From positions 27,861 through 91,860 of the forward strand of contig CALJVA010000118.1 of the NCBI GenBank assembly GCA_937975135.1: a stretch of 64,000 nucleotides of DNA, read 5' to 3'. The notes below the pieces were generated by a model, which was given only the letters and a program-made list of their open reading frames with translations, was not told where the DNA came from and searched no databases. The translations under genes and the position numbers were made by a program. Positions 9,842-19,203 of the stretch are shown here, piece by piece (positions within the stretch are counted from its first letter, which is position 1; each line of letters starts with the position of its first letter). Origin of the DNA: an uncultured Thermoactinomycetaceae bacterium. Its GTDB lineage: Bacteria; Bacillota; Bacilli; Thermoactinomycetales; CALJVA01.

Positions 9842-9964
9842 CTAGCTAAAAAAGAATCGAATGAACCAGCCTAGCATACCCCATAATGGTAAACTAAGAA
9901 GGACGGCATTTACAAGCCCAAGTACAAAATTAACAGGGTTTTCGGGATCAGTGTTTTGGTTCAC
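9842..9964 (-). CDS. Candidate 40-aa hydrophobic peptide (below the ORF-track cutoff)
   Basis: GTG start 9 nt after AAAGGAAGG. Translation: VNQNTDPENPVNFVLGLVNAVLLSLPLWGMLGWFIRFFFS. It ends just before the hairpin at 9801-9826. Confidence 0.35.
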   Translation of the reverse strand: MNQNTDPENPVNFVLGLVNAVLLSLPLWGMLGWFIRFFFS

Positions 9965-10173
9965 AACAATTAGCCTTCCTTTTGTGTACTTATGCTATTA
10001 GTATCACCAGAAAGAGTTGGATCATTCTTTATTTCCCACCGGCATGGATAGTGAATGGAATGGGACAAGCCGATCCGGGATATAAAAAGAAAAAATAAAA
10101 AATCCCGGCAGCATAAACCTCTTATATACTGTGGGGTAAGTTGACCGGCAGAGAAGGGGAGAGAATTTGCATT

Positions 10174-11364
10174 GTGAGTTTTAATGTTTTAGTGATATCC
10201 CACATGTATCCTAATCCGGGCAACCCGACGTCCGGAATTTTTATCCATAACCAGGTGAAAGCCCTTGTTCGAGAGGGAATCTCCTGCCGGGTAGTTTCGC
10301 CCATCTCCTATTTCCCATTCCACTCGCAGTGGAAACGAGGGGTCTTTCCCACACAGGTAATCATGGATGGTATACCCATTCATTACATACCGGTATGGTT
10401 GTTACCCTATAACTTTTTCTTTTCTTCTTATGGTTATTTATACTATCATTCGATCGTACGTTTTGTAACGGCCCTTAATGAGGAATACAACTTTGATCTT
10501 ATCCATTGCCATCGGATCTTCCCTGATGGATTTGCAGGAGGCTTATTAAAAAAACGATTATCAATCCCAGTTATTAGTACCGTACATGGACCTGATTTTT
10601 ATAGGGATGCTTTTCGAAGCCGTTGGACCTATCGTCGGATAGAGCAGGCACTACGTATGAATAACCATATTATTACTGTTAACGAGCAACTGAAGCGGGA
10701 TATACATAAAGTTGCTCCAGGAGCTGAGGTAACAACGATTTACAACGGATTTGATCCGACAAAGTTTTATCCAAGTGATCAACAAAAAGCACGCCAAGAA
10801 TTAGGGATCACTACAAAGGGGAAGATGTTACTCTTTGTTGGGGATTTTTCAATACAATCGGGTCTGAGTTATCTTCTAAAAGCTTTTTCTGAACTTCTCC
10901 AACAAGATTCAACTACCATTCTCTGTTTGGTAGGGGACGGACCCTTACGATCGAGATTGATGAGTGAAGCACGTTCTTTGGGAGTATTAAAACAAATTAT
11001 TTTTGCAGGTCGAAGACCACATGATGAGATTCCCCTTTGGATTAATAGCTCTGATGTTGTTGTCTTTCCTGGTACAGAAAATGGATCAGGTACAATCGCT
11101 TTGGAAGCGATGGGATGTGGGAAACCCGTGGTTGCAACAGAAACAATAGGGATTGCAGAAGTGGTACAACATCGCAAAACAGGTTTTTTGGTTAAAGCAG
11201 GCGATGTAAAGGAACTGGTGCGTTATTTGTCTATATTGCTCGATAACGAAAAGGGATTAACAAAGGATATGAGCGAGCGCTCCTATTCCGAATCAAGTAA
11301 TTTAACCTGGAAAGAAAATGCCCTCCGAATTGGCTGGCTCTATGAACAGGTACTCCGTAGTTAA
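10174..11364 (+). CDS. Family 4 glycosyltransferase (GT4)
   Basis: The N-terminus VLVISHMYPNPGNP is GT4-like. The C-terminal EGSG/E-x7-E region is present (ENGSGTIALEAMGCGKPVVAT). The GTG at 10174 is in frame with the ORF-track start at 10141. Confidence 0.85.
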   Translation: MSFNVLVISHMYPNPGNPTSGIFIHNQVKALVREGISCRVVSPISYFPFHSQWKRGVFPTQVIMDGIPIHYIPVWLLPYNFFFSSYGYLYYHSIVRFVTALNEEYNFDLIHCHRIFPDGFAGGLLKKRLSIPVISTVHGPDFYRDAFRSRWTYRRIEQALRMNNHIITVNEQLKRDIHKVAPGAEVTTIYNGFDPTKFYPSDQQKARQELGITTKGKMLLFVGDFSIQSGLSYLLKAFSELLQQDSTTILCLVGDGPLRSRLMSEARSLGVLKQIIFAGRRPHDEIPLWINSSDVVVFPGTENGSGTIALEAMGCGKPVVATETIGIAEVVQHRKTGFLVKAGDVKELVRYLSILLDNEKGLTKDMSERSYSESSNLTWKENALRIGWLYEQVLRS

Positions 11365-11533
11365 GGGATTAGACTCTCCTAATATTCAATTTGGAACGTA
11401 CATTCGATATTCCTTTTCGAAAGGAGGTACGACAGGAGAAAGATCTTGTTCAGCATCTCCACAATTGGGATGCTGAACATGCGCCGTTTTTCTCTACATC
11501 AATCGTTGTCGAATCTCCTGTCGGTAATTTTAT

Positions 11534-12454
11534 ATGAAAGTACTGGTGACAGGAGGAGCAGGTTTTATTGGCTCCCATATTGTTGATAAACTGATCGATC
11601 GCGGTGACCGTGTGGTTATCGTGGATAATTTAAGTACTGGAACAAAGGCTCATCTTCATCCTGAGGCAACCTTTTATCATATGGATATCCGTGAAGAACG
11701 TCTATTTGAAGTATTTGATTTGGAGCGCCCAGAAGTAGTAATCCACCAAGCAGCTCAAAATAATGTTCCTACATCATTATCCGATCCAATTTATGATGCA
11801 GAGGTAAATATTATTGGTACCATCCGGCTGTTGGAAGCATGTCATCGTGCTCAGGTAAAGAAGGTGATCTATGCATCTTCAGCTGCTCTATATGGTGACC
11901 CCTGTTATTTGCCCATCGATGAAAAGCATCCTGTTTCTCCACAGTCCGCATATGGGATTTCAAAGTACGTTCCAGAGCATTATCTTAAAATGTATGCTAA
12001 TTTGTATGGTCTTAAATATACAATTTTACGTTATGCCAATACTTATGGACCACGACAAGGCTTACATGGTGAAGGAGCTGCAATCCCCTCATTTATTAGT
12101 CGAATGATACAGAAGAAACCGTTACTTGTTACAGGAGATGGCGAACAGACACGTGATTATATCTATGTGGAGGATATCGCTTATGCCAATTTGGCGGCGA
12201 TTGATAATGGGGATGGAGAAATATTAAATATTGGTACTGGAATCTCTACTTCTCTTAATCACCTTATTAAAATATTAGAAGAAATATCAGGGGAAAAATT
12301 AGAAGTCAATTATGTACCGAAACGTCCGGGAGATATCAAGGATAGCTATTTTGATAACCACTTAGCAAAGAAAAAGTTAAATTGGTTTCCGCAAACGGAT
12401 CTACCCACAGGTTTAAAGCGAACCTTTGAGGCATGGAAAAAAGGAAAGGTATAG
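11534..12454 (+). CDS. NAD-dependent sugar epimerase (GalE-like UDP-hexose 4-epimerase)
   Basis: VTGGAGFIGSH Rossmann motif, SSAALYG, and the YGISKY catalytic Y-x3-K. Confidence 0.85.
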   Translation: MKVLVTGGAGFIGSHIVDKLIDRGDRVVIVDNLSTGTKAHLHPEATFYHMDIREERLFEVFDLERPEVVIHQAAQNNVPTSLSDPIYDAEVNIIGTIRLLEACHRAQVKKVIYASSAALYGDPCYLPIDEKHPVSPQSAYGISKYVPEHYLKMYANLYGLKYTILRYANTYGPRQGLHGEGAAIPSFISRMIQKKPLLVTGDGEQTRDYIYVEDIAYANLAAIDNGDGEILNIGTGISTSLNHLIKILEEISGEKLEVNYVPKRPGDIKDSYFDNHLAKKKLNWFPQTDLPTGLKRTFEAWKKGKV

Positions 12455-12613
12455 CATTTTTGCTTTGCTTGAAACATTTTACGCAAAAAACTCGTCTACT
12501 ACTATAGGTCCTAAAATCATAAAGCTTCCGCAATGTAACAGAAAGATACATGATGAAACAGAGGTAAAAGAGAGGTGAAACATCTGCCACTAAAGGTGGA
12601 AGTAACATTCAAA

Positions 12614-12640
12614 CATATCTTGTCAAGATTACAAGATATG
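12614..12640. repeat. Perfect 10-bp inverted repeat (operator or terminator candidate)
   Basis: CATATCTTGT, 7 nt, ACAAGATATG, followed by CTTGTTGTGTTTTT. Confidence 0.4.
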
Positions 12641-12671
12641 CTTGTTGTGTTTTTAGTGGCAGTGGAGTGGA

Positions 12672-13313
12672 GTGCAATCAAAGATGTTTTATGGAAGTTA
12701 TACGCTAATGGGCAATGAACAAGAGACTTTGACTCGTTTTTACCCATATTTTAAGCGTGCTTTCGAACTTATTTTTTCTGTCACCCTTTTATTCCTAACT
12801 CTACCGGTACTTCTCCTGAGTATGTTGTTGATCAAGTTGGAGTCTAGGGGACCTGTCTTTTACCGTCAGAAGCGTATTGGATTGGCTGGAAAAGAATTTT
12901 ATATTATTAAGCTTCGCTCGATGTATGTGGATGCTGAAAAAAATGGTCCTCAGTGGGCTAAAGCGAATGATCCACGGGTTACACGAGTGGGCCGTTTCAT
13001 TCGCTTAACTCGAATTGATGAGCTACCGCAACTTTTTAATGTGTTAAAAGGTGATATGAGTTTAATTGGGCCTCGTCCGGAACGCCCTGTGTTTACAGAG
13101 AAATTTGCCAAAGAGATTCCTGGATTTAAAAAGCGACTTTGTGTCAAACCTGGCATTACTGGATGGGCACAGGTAAATGGGGGATATAATCTAACACCAG
13201 CCCAAAAGCTGGAGATGGATTTGTATTACATACAGTCTCAATCTTTTCGCCTTGATCTAGAGATTTTGATTCGTACTGTTTGGGTCGTTCTATCCGGCCA
13301 TGGGGCACGATAG
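12672..13313 (+). CDS. Undecaprenyl-phosphate sugar phosphotransferase (small monotopic PGT, EpsL/PglC-like)
   Basis: One N-terminal hydrophobic segment. Motifs: [37 protein letters not shown]. Confidence 0.88.
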   Translation: MQSKMFYGSYTLMGNEQETLTRFYPYFKRAFELIFSVTLLFLTLPVLLLSMLLIKLESRGPVFYRQKRIGLAGKEFYIIKLRSMYVDAEKNGPQWAKANDPRVTRVGRFIRLTRIDELPQLFNVLKGDMSLIGPRPERPVFTEKFAKEIPGFKKRLCVKPGITGWAQVNGGYNLTPAQKLEMDLYYIQSQSFRLDLEILIRTVWVVLSGHGAR

Positions 13314-13346
13314 TGGTGTGAGTGTTGTTTTTTCATTGAGAAAATT

Positions 13347-13383
13347 AAGCGCACTTTCAAGTAGAAAGATGCGCTTTTTTATT
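13347..13383 (+). terminator. Rho-independent terminator
   Basis: AAGCGCA, loop, TGCGCTT, then TTTTTATT. Confidence 0.7.
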
Positions 13384-13395
13384 CTTGTAAATTTG

Positions 13396-14076
13396 TTATT
13401 GAACCTTTCGATAGGCGATTTCTTCAAAAGTGACACTACCCTGACCACTGGTGTGTTCTGCAACAAAGTTTTTCCACCTATTTTCTTCTCCTATAGGAAC
13501 CCAAATGAACCATGATACTTTTTCTAAAAACTGTGTTGACTCAATTTCTACGCCAGCCTGTCGTAGTTCGTATTCCACTTTACCCATTGCAGGATAATCA
13601 ACGGTTATTTTTATTTTACGGTGTAAAGTGAAGAGAGATTGTCCGGCTGCGTCAAGTCCTTTTGCTGCGGCTTCACTGTAAGCCCGAACAAGTCCCGCTG
13701 CTCCCAGCTTAATACCACCGAAATAACGGGTGACAACAATCGCGGTATCTACGAGTTCTCGTAAACGGATGACTTCCAAGATTGGTTTACCAGCTGTTCC
13801 AGAAGGTTCTCCATCATCAGATGCTTTTTGGATTCCTTGTTCGGGATCTTTACCAACTCGATAGGCAAAACAGTTATGTGTCGCATTCCAATGCTTTTTT
13901 GATACTTCATGGATAAAGGAGAGTGCCTCTTCCTCAGTTTCTACCCTTTTCACATGCGCGATAAAACGAGATTTCTGAATATTGATTTCGGTTACAGCTG
14001 AGTTGGTTACCGTGATATATTTTTCTAACAAGTATACACACCTCTTCCTTTTAAGAGGGATCTTGGTCTGCTTCAA
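13396..14076 (-). CDS. YigZ/IMPACT-family protein (UPF0029)
   Basis: SRFIAHV, HNCFAYRVG, DDGEPSGTAGKPIL and VVVTRYFGGIKLGAAGLVRAY. Confidence 0.88.
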   Translation of the reverse strand: MKQTKIPLKRKRCVYLLEKYITVTNSAVTEINIQKSRFIAHVKRVETEEEALSFIHEVSKKHWNATHNCFAYRVGKDPEQGIQKASDDGEPSGTAGKPILEVIRLRELVDTAIVVTRYFGGIKLGAAGLVRAYSEAAAKGLDAAGQSLFTLHRKIKITVDYPAMGKVEYELRQAGVEIESTQFLEKVSWFIWVPIGEENRWKNFVAEHTSGQGSVTFEEIAYRKVQ

Positions 14077-14192
14077 GAAGCATTAAATATAGCTTAGCAC
14101 GATTTACTTCCTTTTGCTCAATTCAAGTTGGAGACCAGCTAGAGAATTATACAAAAAGAAGGCAAAGAGATGGAAATCCATAAAAGGTACAT

Positions 14193-14232
14193 AAGATAAA
14201 GAAAGGACCGACCTGATAAAAAGGTACGGTCC
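14193..14232 (-). terminator. Rho-independent terminator of the LCP gene (minus strand)
   Basis: On the minus strand: GGACCG, loop, CGGTCC, then TTTCTTTATCTT. Confidence 0.6.
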
Positions 14233-14241
14233 AAAGGGTTC

Positions 14242-15318
14242 CTATTGGGTGAGATTTTGATGGTTTTGGGTCTGGCTTTGAGTTTCGGCTGGTTTTTCTC
14301 TACCATCTAGATATTGTGGTGGTAGTTCTAGGTGTTCACGTAAAATATCGCTAATCCGTTGTCGTTCAGGTTCGTGAACATAATAATAATAGGTTCTTCC
14401 ACTACCAGGTCTCCAATTGCCATCGTCCCCTTTTAATTCAAGGGATTCCATGTTTTCTTTGGGGATATTACTAATTAATCTTTGTAAAGATGGAAGATCT
14501 TTTATATTGAAGTCAAAGGCCACATTTTTTCCTAGAGCTTGAAGTATATCATCGATTTTTGAGACGTTTTTAAAGCTAGCCATTTTGCTTGCTACATCTT
14601 GCAGTACTTGACGCTGACGCATATTTCGTCCAAGGTCTCCCATTTTATCCCGCTTACGCATACGGACATAGGCAAGGGCTTCTTCACCGTTTAGGTGCAT
14701 AGGGCCCTTGGTAAAGTAGATGCGCTCATTTTTCCCTGCACGTTTTTCCCAAAAGTCAAAAGGTACTTCAACATCGACACCACCTACCGCATCTACGATC
14801 TCAACAAATCCCTTAAAATTGATGGTGGCATAATGATCAACTGGGACGTTTAGGAATTTTTCCACCGTTTCTATAAGATGTTGGACAGGGTCAGCCCCTT
14901 GGCGGAATGCATAAGCGGGGACCGAATTGATCTTATCTTTGCCCCCATTGCGGTTAGGGATCTCAACATAGGTATCCCGTGGGATGCTGAGCATTTTCAT
15001 AGTATTATTCTTAGGATTGATGGATAGGAGCATCATTGTATCAGGACGATAATTCCCCTCTCCCCCCTGTGCATCAATCCCGAGTACTAAAACAGTAAAG
15101 GGTTCATCGATCGATGCGACCTCATCTCGTAAGTCTGACTTGGTACGGTCTAACGGCTTGTGAGCATCAGATACTGCACTCACAAAATGATAAGCATAAT
15201 AGCCGCCTACTCCTAAGACAAGAAAAAGGGTAAGAAGGGTGATACGAAGTACCCATTTCCGTCGTCTTTTTTTCTTGAAACGTTTTATCCGACTAGCATG
15301 GACTCGTTCCTTTTCCAT
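14242..15318 (-). CDS. LytR-CpsA-Psr (LCP) family cell-wall glycopolymer ligase
   Basis: N-terminal TM, then FTVLVLGID, RPDTMMLLSINP, SIPRDTYV and LAYVRMRK. Confidence 0.88.
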   Translation of the reverse strand: MEKERVHASRIKRFKKKRRRKWVLRITLLTLFLVLGVGGYYAYHFVSAVSDAHKPLDRTKSDLRDEVASIDEPFTVLVLGIDAQGGEGNYRPDTMMLLSINPKNNTMKMLSIPRDTYVEIPNRNGGKDKINSVPAYAFRQGADPVQHLIETVEKFLNVPVDHYATINFKGFVEIVDAVGGVDVEVPFDFWEKRAGKNERIYFTKGPMHLNGEEALAYVRMRKRDKMGDLGRNMRQRQVLQDVASKMASFKNVSKIDDILQALGKNVAFDFNIKDLPSLQRLISNIPKENMESLELKGDDGNWRPGSGRTYYYYVHEPERQRISDILREHLELPPQYLDGREKPAETQSQTQNHQNLTQ

Positions 15319-15616
15319 ATAATCCCTGCTTTGATATAAGAATTCCTTTTAAATTAGATAAGTAAGAAAGAGTTCAAATAGTGAATGGAAAATAAGCAAC
15401 TTTCTACTTTCAATTATAATATCATCTATTAATTATAAGGATCAAGTAAAATGTAATAAATATTTTCGAAGATAAGATTCTATCTTTAATTATAATATTC
15501 TTCCAAAGGGATGCTAAAAAGAAAGAAGGTATTCGTATTTATGGTGAATGATCTAGGAGTATCGATCGCAAACAATTCCATGGATTAAACCGCTCTACAT
15601 TCCGTAAGATAACAAG

Positions 15617-16528
15617 CTAACTTTCAATTTCTAAGTGCCGACGGAGTTGTTGTTGGATGCGCTTTTGTTCCGATTCAGGGACGATAAAGTAGTAACGATC
15701 TGCCCATTGATCATACCCTGAAATTCTAAGAGTTTCAACATTATCTTTTGGAATAGAACGAAGGAGAGATTGTAGTCGCCAGATGTCTGTGAGAGTAAAT
15801 GAGGTTTCCAGGTGATTCGAACCAATCCGTATCAATTCATCCACCTTGGCTAGAGTGGAGATACTCTTTGCCTTATCCCAAAGGCTGTAAAGTACTTGCT
15901 GTTGTCTACGGTGTCGATCAAAGTCATCACTTTCTGTTCGATCCCTTACATAGGCCAAGGCTGCGTCACCATTAAGATGCATTTTACCTTTTACAAAATG
16001 ATGTCCTCTTGAAGAGAATTCTCTAGTTCCTACAATATCGACACCACCATAGGCATCAATAATTGCCCGAAATCCTTTCATATTTACTTTTACATAATGA
16101 TGGATAGGAATTTTTAGAAATTCTTCAATCGTACGGATGGTCGAGGGAATTCCATCTCCCAATGCATAGGCATGGTTAATTTTATCTGTTACTATACGCT
16201 TAGAAGGTAAGATAAGTTTTGTTTTTAGATCTCTGGGGATATGGACGACCTTTATGGTTTGTAATCTGGGGTTAATCGTTAAAAGAATGAGTGCATCTGT
16301 TCTTCCCCGGTCACCTTTCCGCTGATCAACGCCGATCATAAGTAATGAGAAAGGGTCTTTAGGAAGAGCAGCTTGCTCCATCCAATTAGTAGTGGAGTTC
16401 TTTTTCACTTGACCCAGCTTTACGTTTTGATCTGTCGGTGGAAGGGCGCGAGTGCTCCAATAAACACCGATAAAGAGAAAGGTAAGGATGATGACAAGGG
16501 TAGTTATTCGTGCGATCATACGTAACAC
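15617..16528 (-). CDS. LCP family protein (second paralog)
   Basis: N-terminal TM, then SLLMIGVDQR, RTDALILLTINP, HIPRDL and LAYVRDR. Confidence 0.85.
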   Translation of the reverse strand: MLRMIARITTLVIILTFLFIGVYWSTRALPPTDQNVKLGQVKKNSTTNWMEQAALPKDPFSLLMIGVDQRKGDRGRTDALILLTINPRLQTIKVVHIPRDLKTKLILPSKRIVTDKINHAYALGDGIPSTIRTIEEFLKIPIHHYVKVNMKGFRAIIDAYGGVDIVGTREFSSRGHHFVKGKMHLNGDAALAYVRDRTESDDFDRHRRQQQVLYSLWDKAKSISTLAKVDELIRIGSNHLETSFTLTDIWRLQSLLRSIPKDNVETLRISGYDQWADRYYFIVPESEQKRIQQQLRRHLEIES

Positions 16529-16723
16529 CTTCTATGCAGTTACTTTTCAGGTTGGAAAGAGGGTTTTGTATTGTTCTTAGTGAAAAGGGGATTGATAATA
16601 GCTTTTCACGAACAAAAAGAAAAAGTGCAAACAATTTTTACCGCATCGAAAGTTTTTCGTCAATGATCTTTGTTTCATGGTAAGCTTTATTTATAAAAAA
16701 GGAGAAAGCGCGGGTAAAGTAAA

Positions 16724-18958
16724 GTGAAAAAGTGGTTATCGCTAGGACTGATTATTCTCCTGTTAATAGTTTCTCTATTGGGTTGTCATCCCAGTACAAG
16801 GGATAACGAAATTGAGAGCGATGTAAAACCGGTAAATTCGGAGTGGGTGATTCAATGGAAAGGTGAGGTGGACCCATCCTTTCTTCAAACGGTGACGATT
16901 ATTCACCGTTCTGGAATCGAGGGACGCACCATGCTTGTAAGATTAAAGCAAGGTGTTGACGAGGAGAAATGGGTACAACGTTGGTCCTCCAATAAAAATG
17001 TGGAGTTTCTACATCCGAATCACAAATATAAAGTGGAAAGTCGCGTCTCTTTTGGTGAAAAACAACAGCGGGATTGGTATTATCTTGAGCAGACAGGGGT
17101 CAATAAAGCATGGCAACTACCTTTGCCAGAGAAACCCCGAGTAATTGTAGCAGTGGTGGATACAGGGATCGATTTGGACCATCCTGTGATAAAGCCTTAT
17201 TTGATCGAAGGGATTGATGTCCGAGACCCTGGACAGCTTCCTGATGACCGGGTTGGGCATGGTACGCGTGTTGCTGGTGTGATCGCTACCATTTTTGAAG
17301 GATGGGAATCAAAGGAAGAGAAAAAATCAATACGTATCATGCCTGTGAAGGTAATGGAAAATGGAAAAGATGGGGATGTCTATTTTACCTCAGAAGGAAT
17401 TCGTGAAGCGGTTCGACGAAAAGCGGATATTATTGTATTGGCTCAGGGAAGCTGGACTTATTCCGATACAATGGCTGATGCGATTAATCTAGCGGAAGAA
17501 GAAGGAGTAGTTGTGGTTGGGGCAGCAGGCAATGCAAAGCTGGATGATTTAGGGGGCATTGTTTATAATCGACCTCTCTACTATCCTGCTGCTTTACCTA
17601 CTGTATTAGCAGTAGGGTCTGTAGGGCCAAATCGACAATTGGAACCAACTTCTAATGTAGGACCTGGATTAGATGTTGTTGCTCCAGGGGAGTCGATCGG
17701 GGCTCCCACTGTGGGAGGAGGATATGGGACGGAGTCAGGAACTTCTTTTGCCGTTCCGCAGGTAGCCGCGTTAGCAGCTATGATTATAAAGTTATACCCT
17801 GATTTCACTCCCGCCCAGGTCCGAAACTTGATTCGGCAAACAGCAGATCCAATCGGTGATCGATGGAATGAGCAGGCTGGTTATGGACATGTCAACTTTT
17901 ATGCAGCCTTAACCACAGAACCTAAGCAAGATATTTTCGAGTTGAATGATTCAATAACTAGAGCGATTCCACTATCATTGAATCAGCAGATTCAAACATC
18001 AATCAAAAATGAAGAAGATGAAGACTGGTTCTCACTTACCACACCTCACGAAGGAACATTAACACTGAAAATAGCTAGTAAAGAGCAGGCAGAGATAAAC
18101 ATGCAAGTGATCATCGAACGTGATGGTCGTTCAGCAGAGTACAAGATCAATGGTCAAAGAGAAGTAAATTTATCGGTTCCTGGAGGAAGAGTTCTTCTGA
18201 AGGTAACTGCACCTGTACTGAATAAGCCCCTGGTCTATGAGTTGTCCAATCTGTTTCGTATAAAAGCTGACGAGTATGAAAACAATGATTACCTTTGGAA
18301 TGCACATAAATTAACATTGTCAAAGGATACCTTATATGTAGAGGGAACCTTTCATAAGAAAAGAGACGTGGATTGGTTTCGTCTGGAAATTCCCCGTCCG
18401 GGAAAACTGTGGATACAGCTTGATGTGACAACACCCCGGTCGGATCCTGTTCTTTATGTACAGGAAGCAGGGGCCGCCCATGGTCAAAAGGTTGATAAGG
18501 GTGGAGCTGGAGATTCGGAGTTTATCGAGCAAACTGTGTCCCAAGGTGCGATTTATATTCGTGTCTCCGATTTTGGCGGTAATGTGATTCTTGAGCCTTA
18601 TTTATTGGGAATTAAATATGAATCGCATTCAATTGACAGTTCAGAGCCTAATGATTTATCAGGTCAATCTACGTTGATCAGCCTTGATAAAAAAGTAAAA
18701 GGTGAGATTGACGGACCTGCCGACCTTGATTGGTACACTTTTTTTGTTGATGAAGAGTCAGAAGGAACGATTTGGTTGAATCACCGTGGGGTAAAGATGG
18801 TTGTATATGACTATCATCTCAACGCTTTAGGGCAGCTATCTGAACCATCACAAAAGTCGATTTCCCGACGATTTTCACCTGGGAGGTACTATATCCGAGT
18901 AGAGGCTGAAAGGGCTATTGGAGAGTATGAGATTTGGTTAGAATTAAACAAGGAATAA
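16724..18958 (+). CDS. S8 subtilisin-family serine peptidase lipoprotein with repeated C-terminal PPC-like domains
   Basis: Lipobox LLGC. Catalytic motifs VAVVDTGID, HGTRVAG and GTSFAVPQVA. There are three repeats containing 'D-x-DW(F/Y)' in the C-terminal 330 aa. Confidence 0.88.
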   Translation: MKKWLSLGLIILLLIVSLLGCHPSTRDNEIESDVKPVNSEWVIQWKGEVDPSFLQTVTIIHRSGIEGRTMLVRLKQGVDEEKWVQRWSSNKNVEFLHPNHKYKVESRVSFGEKQQRDWYYLEQTGVNKAWQLPLPEKPRVIVAVVDTGIDLDHPVIKPYLIEGIDVRDPGQLPDDRVGHGTRVAGVIATIFEGWESKEEKKSIRIMPVKVMENGKDGDVYFTSEGIREAVRRKADIIVLAQGSWTYSDTMADAINLAEEEGVVVVGAAGNAKLDDLGGIVYNRPLYYPAALPTVLAVGSVGPNRQLEPTSNVGPGLDVVAPGESIGAPTVGGGYGTESGTSFAVPQVAALAAMIIKLYPDFTPAQVRNLIRQTADPIGDRWNEQAGYGHVNFYAALTTEPKQDIFELNDSITRAIPLSLNQQIQTSIKNEEDEDWFSLTTPHEGTLTLKIASKEQAEINMQVIIERDGRSAEYKINGQREVNLSVPGGRVLLKVTAPVLNKPLVYELSNLFRIKADEYENNDYLWNAHKLTLSKDTLYVEGTFHKKRDVDWFRLEIPRPGKLWIQLDVTTPRSDPVLYVQEAGAAHGQKVDKGGAGDSEFIEQTVSQGAIYIRVSDFGGNVILEPYLLGIKYESHSIDSSEPNDLSGQSTLISLDKKVKGEIDGPADLDWYTFFVDEESEGTIWLNHRGVKMVVYDYHLNALGQLSEPSQKSISRRFSPGRYYIRVEAERAIGEYEIWLELNKE

Positions 18959-19203
18959 GGATTCTTTCTGTTTGGTAGAGATAAACACAGAAAACGTGTA
19001 TACTAAAAAATATCCTATCTTGATGGTAGGAGCATTTAAGAACGGACAAGCCTTAAAGACCGGTGAAATCCATCCAATAAGCGTGTGGGGCGTTATACAT
19101 TGGAATTCTATACATCGCTCTTAGGAAAGTGGGTTTAAGAAGGCAAAAGTACTTAACGAAGAAATGTGTTTTTCCCTATAAACAGGGAGGAGGGAGAGCT
19201 TGA

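Noticed and set aside
11449-11477. 9-bp hairpin TTCAGCATC...GATGCTGAA between the GT4 and epimerase genes, considered as a distinct regulatory RNA
   Set aside because: It is most simply a weak intercistronic terminator or mRNA-stabilising hairpin. It has no other conserved-looking features, so it is mentioned only within the glycopolymer-cluster finding.
15319-15616. AT-rich spacer with the 11-mer AATTATAATAT occurring twice (about 15413 and 15488); considered as a repeat element or mini-array
   Set aside because: There are only two short copies in AT-rich DNA. On the minus strand they read as TATAAT-containing -10-like boxes for the downstream LCP gene. Nothing looks like a CRISPR array or a MITE.
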